Shown here piece by piece: positions 55,783-64,000 of a stretch of 64,000 bases of DNA; within the stretch, counting starts at the first letter, position 1, and every line of letters starts with the position of its first letter. Below the pieces are notes generated by a model, which searched no databases, was not told the DNA's origin, and saw only the letters and a list, made by a program, of their open reading frames with translations. The translations under genes and the position numbers were made by a program. This DNA is from Chrysomallon squamiferum (lineage: Eukaryota > Animalia > Mollusca), in the NCBI GenBank assembly GCA_012295275.1, contig CM022677.1, positions 12,958,001 to 13,022,000 on the forward strand, read 5' to 3'.

Positions 55783-56126
55783 CAGAAGAAAGAAATTCAA
55801 CAAGTGTTCCTACAACAACTCCAAACCTGGGATCAGGTTCTGGCTGTAATTTAGTTTGTATTATCCTCATTACAGTTATCAGTGTCACAGGTCTTTGTAT
55901 AATCATAACATGCTGTCTGATTTCACTAAGAAACCAAAACACAAAGAAAAATGATAAAACTACAAATATTGAACTGAGCAGTAAAATGAACACTGATTCA
56001 CTGAATAAAACTGATGTGAGCAACAATACAGCAGAGAGCCAACATTCTACCAAACAGAATTACAATAATGTTGATCATCAGAAAACAAAACATATTACTA
56101 CTATTGATGTGAAAATCAAATTATAA
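55783..56126 (+). CDS. IgSF receptor gene, terminal exon (Ser/Thr/Pro stalk, TM helix, cytoplasmic tail)
   Basis: Polypyrimidine tract plus tandem acceptor tag/cag (55783 or 55786), phase 1. TM segment LVCIILITVISVTGLCIIITCCLI, then basic residues, a tail with YNNV, and stop at 56126. Confidence 0.75.
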
Positions 56127-56309
56127 ACAAATTAAGCAGTTTCAAATTTAATTTGTTTTTTATTGCTTCAGCTCAGTATACTTAGCTACATTCTTCATTA
56201 TTTCAGATAATTTCTAGATGCCAGTGAGTGTTTGTCGATTATGCTTAACTAATCAAGGAGTAGCTTTATTTCTCTTTTAATTCTGATATAGCAAAAAAAA
56301 AAAAAAGTA

Positions 56310-56592
56310 AAAAATATTTTAAAAGAAGTGATGACTGTTTTAGTTCTACATTGAGTAATATGCTTATTAAAATAGATAAAGTTACAGCTTAATGCCGATC
56401 TTTCACACCACGCACACAGAGTGACATAAATGCAAATCTGTTGTTTAATTATACTGTAAAACCTTTTATAAACACTTTTTAACAGTTTTGAATATAATGT
56501 TTGCAGTAAGAACTTCCATGACAGATTAAAATATATTAACTAAAGATGTGAAAAATGTATTTTTTCTTTCATTCTTTCTTTTCTTCATTAGA
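56310..56592 (+). repeat. Direct duplicate of 51680-51990
   Basis: Shared gactgttttagtt...gagtaatatgcttatt...atagataaagttacagcttaatgc...aagaacttccatgacagattaaaatata. Confidence 0.85.
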
Positions 56593-58707
56593 GCATCATT
56601 ATTATATACCTGGTTTTTATATATGTAAAGTTTCACCAATACATATGTTGGGTATGTATGGTTTGAACCCAGAAATTACCAATTGTTGACCTGTGTGTTT
56701 TGTTGTGGAATGTCCTGTATGGATGTTTTAATGAGACGGACCAGAATGTTTACATTTGATATGATTATATTTCTGATTTATTATCTGAAATTATAGTTTG
56801 TAAATTAAATATTAAGGTTACTTGTCTAGTTTTAGTAATCAGATTACACCTTTTGCATCACCTTGTCCTTTGATGTTATAGTAATAATAATATTATTATT
56901 AATATTATTATTTGTTGGATATTTTTCTTTTTCTTTTTTAAAATGTATTTTCTCCACTTCATTTGTTTTTACCACACTAAAGCTTAACTCATACACATTA
57001 TTTACAACAGAAACAACACCATCAAGCAGTAAGTAACATAATACTTTGTGCTAATCATTCATGTAACCTCAGTTTCCCTTTCACTGTTCTTAATAAAACC
57101 CTCTGAAATCTTATTATGCAAAATCACTAATCATAAACTGGTCAAGAATGCTTGAAAGTTATTCTTTTCACAATATAATATGATGTCATCTGATCAACAC
57201 ATTTCATTATTAAATTAACGTAAATTATGAGTAAACACAGACTTAAGACAGCCATAACGAAGGTGTTTGACTCAGGCAAAATGATGGATACCACTGACTT
57301 GGATGATACCAACATAGTGGTCATTGCTGACATCCTAGTCTCAGTAAAAGTCCCAGCCAATGTTATATGCATTCACTTTAACTGGCTAGTGGTAGACAGT
57401 TAGAGTTCAGCCAGTCAGTGCAGAATCAGTGTTTTTTAACCTCTATTAATTTGGCTTACAAGCAGACAAAAACTTTATGAATTGCAAGGAGAAAAAGATA
57501 AAGATTTGCTCATAAACGGAGTGTTGTTGTTTCTTTGATCATGAGTGTTTCTGTGAATTAATAACCTGCACTAAACAGGATGTTTTAAACACTCCACGTA
57601 GCACTTTTGCTTTAGATCAACAGTGAAAAACCATGTTAAATATCTTACAAGTATTAGGCCCTGGCTGCTTTTAGCCCCATTGGAAAGCTAATAAAATATG
57701 TAGCAAGATAGGAATAAAAATAAAATCAACATATTTTTCTTTAAAAAAATCTATTTCAAGCATAAATTACAATATATTATAATCAGTCGAATTACCACTG
57801 TAACATCGTGTCATAGAGGTAACTGAATATATATTTGGCAGAACTTAGTTAGAGTTGCAAATATTGAAAAGCTGTGACCATTATAGTAGGTTCAGTTGAT
57901 TATTTTCAGTGAAAAACATTTGCTGCTGGCGGTTATAAACCAGTGAGTGTACAGAACAACTCATTTAAAGAAGGAAAGGCTTTTGTGTGAATTTGTGGTG
58001 GGATTTTGAACAGGTGACTGTTAGACGAGTTTCGACTCTTGTCTGTGTGTGTGTATGTACAGGTAGATAGGTAAACAGACAGACACAGATACACTTTGAT
58101 AATTCAATACTGAAAAGTATCAATAAAATAGTTTAACTTTCAGGGAATTCAAATATTTAGAGCAGTTTCTTCTAATGAATATACATGCATAGGCCTATAT
58201 ATATACGCATATATCTATATATCTAGCTATCTATATATGTATGTATGTATTCAGATTTACAAACATAATTCACACAGTTCTCTTAATTCACATTTAAATT
58301 GCAAATATCATGTTTCCCACAATACACTCCTTTGTAAATACAAAGAAACACCAATGAGTAAGAGTTCACTACGGCAGTTCTTTGAAGACTGTATGCAATT
58401 ATATATTATGTAAAGAAGCCCTTCGCCTTACATAGGCAGATGACCTATTGCAAGTTCATTTTATTCTGCTTAAAGAACAACTTACTATTCTCTGCTTTGA
58501 GTTTTCAGAGGCTAATTTCAATTAAATCAGTAGCCTAGGACCGCAAAAAAACTTTGAGAAACAGGTTTTTACTGTTGTCAGCAATTGAATGTTTGAAAGT
58601 TATTAAGAACGAATATAAGAGCTTTCAAGACTTTCACTTCTGGAGATAGACGTGCTTGAAAGATATGAGTATGTGTGTACTGCTAGATATTTGGTAGTAA
58701 TTAAAGG

Positions 58708-58738
<31 letters not shown>

Positions 58739-58973
58739 CAGATAAAATAAACGGAAGCGATTCCACATTTTCTTCAATGATTTATGTAATAATCACGTAA
58801 GTAATCTTGTAACTATTTTCTTTTTATTAGTTATTTTATTGTAATAGTAATTTTCTCAGCTTACCTCTCAGTATATCTGCATGTATCATCTGTACCGCTC
58901 ATGTATCGTTCAGTCTGTTTGTGTTGTGATTCTGTATATCTACTTTTCTGTCGGACCGTCTTCAAGTATTTTT

Positions 58974-59010
<37 letters not shown>

Positions 59011-59335
59011 TATCTATATGTACATATAAAAATGTGCCGTTATCAGTGTATGTAATGCTGTATATCTACATATATTGTCTTTTTTGATGTCTGTATGCCT
59101 TTCTTGTCTGTGTCTGTGTTTATCTATTTCCGTGTGTCTAATAATTCTTTGTTTATCATTTTTATTTCATCTTTATTTTATATTTCTTCAGGTTTATCAA
59201 CACTTTAGTCATCACTGGTTTGCTGTAGATCTACAGACTCCACAGATATAGATAAAAACGGAGATATGAGATGTATAAAATATTGACAACTATCTAAATT
59301 ATATTCTTGTTTCTTTCTTTGGGTTTTATCCTCAA

Positions 59336-59395
<60 letters not shown>

Positions 59396-60671
59396 TAATT
59401 ACTTTGTATATTTATATATGTATTAATATGATTGTATTTATTTATTTATTAGTTTAAGTTTTTCTAATTATATATCCCTAAATGAAATATGTATGGTTCT
59501 AGAATTTAATTTGTAAGTAAATACAATATTTTATTTAGTGTGAAAGACTGGTCTTATAACATTTTGACAGTTATTTTTAGAATAATTGGATAGAATTTAG
59601 AAACTGTTTTACTGGCGGTAATAGAATGTTTGTTAAGCAGATTATAATTATTAGTTACGTAATAATTACGAGTTTCTTTTTATCATTTGTAAGTAAATAG
59701 TGAATTAGTATACATCTGCCAAATACTTGTTAGAATTACAAATCAGAAGTAAGTGATCAGTTAGAATGATGGTATCTTTTCAGTACATTTCAAAGCATTT
59801 CAGAAAAGAAGACATTTTTAAAAGAAAAGTGTTGGCGCTGGTTGTTAGTATTCTCACAGTTATTAAAGTGTTTAAAAATTATTGAAATTCATTGTTAAGT
59901 TTGAAGTGCTTTAATGTAATTTTTTTTGTTCCATATTTAAACAGTTTCAGATTTAGTTGTGGTGTTATTTCTACTATATTTATTTTAATTGAAATTTTTC
60001 GCTGTTTGACTTAAGTCTGTTCAAAGTTAAATTTTCTTTTGAAGATGTCATTAAAAAGATTCTGAATTTTGACGTGTGCCTAACTTGGTATTTGATGCTC
60101 TTTCACGCACTCGTACAGCATGGCGTGCCTTACTAAGCTGCCAGGTTTTCGCTATTCGCGTTAAAACGGCTAAAATAAACACATCTGTATTATGAGACTA
60201 ATTTTTTAAAATAATACAATGATGCAATACATGAATTTCAAAGGTTATTGTTTATTTAGTTAGTTATCTATTTATTTATTATTATTATTTCTGCTAAAAA
60301 ATTGGAGACGGTTATCAACCAGAGCTTTTGGTCGAATAAAGATAAAAACAATTTTTTTTTTTTTTTTTTTTTTTTTTGTCGAACGATCAGTAACATACAA
60401 AAACATCCGTTATTGTTCGAGATTAATTCTGGGAGCGAGTACGTTTCATAATATTATAGAAGTTATGTGTGAAATGCTTTAATATCCATGCTCCATGTAC
60501 ACGTCTTAATTAAGCACATACTGAATGTTTCGAATTTCAACACTGACAATAACGCTTTCACTTTTTTCTTATATTCTTTTAAGTGAATTTTTAATGTTTA
60601 AAATAGTTATATTTGTTAATGATTTGAAAATAAAACATTTTTAAAGTTATTAAAATGTTCTCCTTTCTTTA

Positions 60672-60771
<100 letters not shown>

Positions 60772-60789
60772 AGCGAGCGAGCGAGCGTG

Positions 60790-61025
60790 TGTGTGTCATC
60801 GTGCATTTTCGGTCAAACATAATTTTAATTACAGTATTATCCGCTACCGCCACATAGCCTCTTCTTTACGATTAGCTGCAAGGGATATTTTATGCCCACC
60901 ATCCTACAGACAGGATAACATATATACCTCGTTTCTACGTCTCCTTTCTAACTAAACGAGTCAAAGGAGGAGGATCGACCTCACATTACTCGAACCGCAT
61001 TCGAACGCTCCTGCGCTGAACTCAT
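60790..61025 (-). mobile_element. tRNA-derived SINE with a Meta-type central domain
   Basis: The minus strand has degenerate A and B boxes (gagttcagcgcagg...ggtcgatcc), then TATCCTGTCTGTAGGATGGTGGGCATAAAATATCCCTTGCAGCTAATCG. It is flanked by GA microsatellites. Confidence 0.6.
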
Positions 61026-61081
61026 CCTTCTATCATGACAGTTCGAAGGAAATAGTGTACATTCAGTACATTCAGTACTTG

Positions 61082-61160
<79 letters not shown>

Positions 61161-61214
61161 AATATACAGTGTTCACCAAATGTGTCATATTTTATTATTA
61201 ACAATTATTAGACT

Positions 61215-61531
61215 TGAATGCTCTGTAATAATGTTGATATAAGACAGAAACAGAATGTAACTATTACATCGTCACCATTAGTAACTGAACAAACCAAACT
61301 TTTCCCATTATCTTCTGCATTACAGTTTTCATTTAAACTGCTCCTTGTTACAACTCCAGAGTCAGCAATTGTCTCAGTGGAGCTGGTAATGCCGTCTGTT
61401 ATCTTTGTACCATCTAAAGTCCATGCTTACAGCTTCTGGACGGCAAGGGTTGGTTGAACAATGTATTTGTGTAAGAATTCCTGGCTTTACCAGGGTTGAT
61501 CCAGTTGTTATAGAGACTTTCTGCAAAGGAA
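61215..61531 (-). pseudogene. Inverted, frameshifted paralogue of exon 3
   Basis: Same ttttcaag|TTCCTTTG acceptor and long tracts identical to 53631-53930. A 2-nt deletion lies before the Trp codon. The flanking intron is also duplicated (61540-61878 vs 53340-53630). Confidence 0.85.
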
Positions 61532-61899
61532 CTTGAAAAATAAAGCAATAAAGATCGAAATCTTGAAAATTAATAAGTACTAATTTTTACCATTATAGAA
61601 CATTTACTTCCAAATGGAAGAAAACCAGTATTTTAAAATTTTCTTTTTCTTTTTCTTTTTTAATTATTTTTTTAAATTTTGTTTCTTTATTTTATTATAT
61701 TTATTAGTAATACGGAAAGCATTGTTAACCTTAATATTAGTAATAGGGCTGTACAACAAAACAACAGTTGATGAAGTGGCACATGGGTAAAATATTTATT
61801 TTCAGATTTTGAGTTTCACAAAATATTTAGGAAGGGTTTATTGCTCAAAGATTTCATTTACTGTGTGAAAATCTTCCACCATTATATGTTGATATCCAC

Positions 61900-62208
61900 T
61901 TCTTATTGTCGGTACCGACCTCTGTCCATGAAAAGATGGAAAAACTCTAACCCTGTACACTTTACAAAACCAATTTATTTATTTGCATTCTCTTTTATTT
62001 TGCATTTGTCATTTATAAATATATATTTCTTATTTAAAAACACGTTACAAAAAAATTGGGGGGCGGCCTAGAACGCATTAACATTATTTCAATTAATTTC
62101 AATGGGAAAATAGATTTGATATACGAGCAAATTGAGTTACGAGCTCGGTTATGGAACGAATTAAATTCGTAAGTCAAGCTACCAAGTAAGTCAAGTAATA
62201 CCACTGTA
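61900..62208. mobile_element. Tigger/pogo-like (Tc1-mariner) element end
   Basis: Ends ...gaacgaattaaattcgtaagtcaag...ccactgTA, i.e. a TIR TA|CAGTGGTA...GACTTACGAATTTAATTCGTTCC on the minus strand. Confidence 0.65.
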
Positions 62209-62403
62209 TTAAATTTGGCTGTTTCGGATCAGTAGAATTTTATTTATTTATTTATTACGACACCATTCTCAAATAACAATACAGATGTTCTTACTTTAAG
62301 TAAAACAGCTATAATTCTGGCATGTGCCGTTAAAAAAATAATAATGAATTAAAAGATACAGATAATAATAATAATAATAGCAGTAGAAGGAGCAGTAGTA
62401 ATA

Positions 62404-62445
<42 letters not shown>

Positions 62446-62602
62446 TTCTGAGTCAGGTTGTATAACGAAGGTTAATGTTTTATAAGTATATAGAGACAAG
62501 AGTTATCTCCCACAGCGAATGTGACATACTTGTGCTTTTATCCTCAAATGCTGATTGCGATTAAGTACAACCAGAAAAAAAATGCATCACATTACTGGAG
62601 CC

Positions 62603-62666
62603 ATGGTAGAATTTGGGAAATTGTGTCATAACTACATTATATTCAGCCAGTTCGAAAATAGTTCAA
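62603..62666 (+). pseudogene. Paralogous leader exon (MVEFGKLCHNYIIFSQFENSS) of a neighbouring or decayed IgSF gene
   Basis: Aligns with 41537-41603 (GGGAAATTGTGT...CCAGTTCGAAA) and shares the upstream tgcgattaagtacaa. The GT donor is retained but the hydrophobic core is weakened. Confidence 0.6.
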
Positions 62667-64000
62667 GTATTACTATCACCACAAGCACATCTGAATATGT
62701 ATTCATACATGCATACATACATACACATACATATATACATACATGCATACATACATACATACATACATATTTACAAAAATATAATATTATCGATATCAAT
62801 TTAAATTTTGTATCCTTATTAGAAATATGATTAGAAACATCAAAACTTATATTTAATTTAGAAATATACCCCAGATAATTATGAAGCTTAGGACTGTAGG
62901 TGGATATTTAAAGCTGCAGTGTTCGCAGTGATGCCTCATTTTCATTTTGATGTAGTCGAGTTACAAGATGCCAAGATTAAATTTGCCGAATCGAAACATC
63001 GTAGCAGACCGCTTCCAGTTAGGTTTTTCAAAACTGTTGTTAGCAGTCATTGTTGCAGAGTTTCTTTAGTTATTTTCAATTTATATTTTATCCCAACACA
63101 ATTTCTTTTTAATTTTTTATTTATTATGATTATTATTATTATTTGTTTTTACCTAGGGAACGTATATGAAAATACTGTGTAAATGATTCTGCATCCAAAA
63201 ATTACAAAGCTCAAACCATTTGACAGAAAGAGCGGGAGATCAGTGTTTTTACGATTTCTGTAAATTAACAAAATTAACATGTAAGAAAATTAACTCCTGT
63301 TCACAACACATACATTCAGCCTTGTTCTTTTATTTCTTTACAAAATACTTACTGAAACGAGGAAGTAACGTGACAGTGTAATAGTATTAAATACAATTTA
63401 GTTGTGTTTCTCAGTCTGTATTCAATTGGTACTGTTGTTCGGTTCGTTTCAACTATACGAGTGATTGGTCATCAGTTTACTGGACTATTTGTCGCTTTGG
63501 TAATAGATACTTGATTATTGTATATTATAAGACAACATCTAATGTCATCCTCGTTTCATGAACTTAAATAGTTTCTATTTCTAACTTATTTGCTGATATT
63601 TTTACATAAAATCTGTAACAGTGAAATATTTAAATTTCACATTTACTGTAATAAAATATTTTCGTTGTAAGATAACGGTTTTGTTTTAATTTCATTCAGC
63701 TAATTAACTATTTCCATTTACTTTGATCTCAAAAAAGTTCATCAATTAGATATAAAAGAATCAATTACTTACCGATTCTCAAGTGAATGACATTAACACG
63801 TCACTAAGTAAACAGCTACAGAGTATTTGTTACATTCAAGTATGTAATAAGTGTCGTACACGCTTTACTGAGTTAGTGGACTCGAGTAAGCCCACGATAA
63901 GTAATTTCCTCTCATTTTATAAATATAAATGTTTTATAAATAGCGAAATTTTCAAGTTATATTTACTAACAAATTAAAAACGAATCAGGTGAAAAATGAC

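Noticed and set aside
53626-56053. Minus-strand ORFs at 53626-53922 and 55745-56053
   Set aside because: They are antisense shadows of the plus-strand Ig and TM exons.

Overview
AT-rich, microsatellite-dense eukaryotic DNA, probably from a mollusc (inferred from a Meta-type SINE and I-clade LINEs). No prokaryotic genes, rRNA, tRNA or CRISPR arrays were seen. The left half (1-35 kb) is a transposon graveyard. It holds a decayed, intron-containing Sola/DUF7869-like DDD transposase (minus strand), an I-clade LINE (RT, RNase H, CCHC) found in two separated pieces, and a possible KDZ-like multi-exon relic. It also holds a decayed hydrophobic tandem-repeat ORF and two overlapping pairs of long-range inverted repeats. 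The right half (38-63 kb) is an immunoglobulin-superfamily locus. I reconstructed by hand a 4-exon, all-phase-1 gene (signal peptide, Cys-rich IgV, IgC2, TM/cytoplasmic tail; about 336 aa) that the ORF track does not show. It is surrounded by orphan, truncated and inverted Ig exons and a paralogous leader exon. Five copies of one DNA-transposon terminus lie in its introns, and an inverted piece of the same element is fused to an inverted Ig exon. All family assignments come from motifs recognised by eye, not from database searches.
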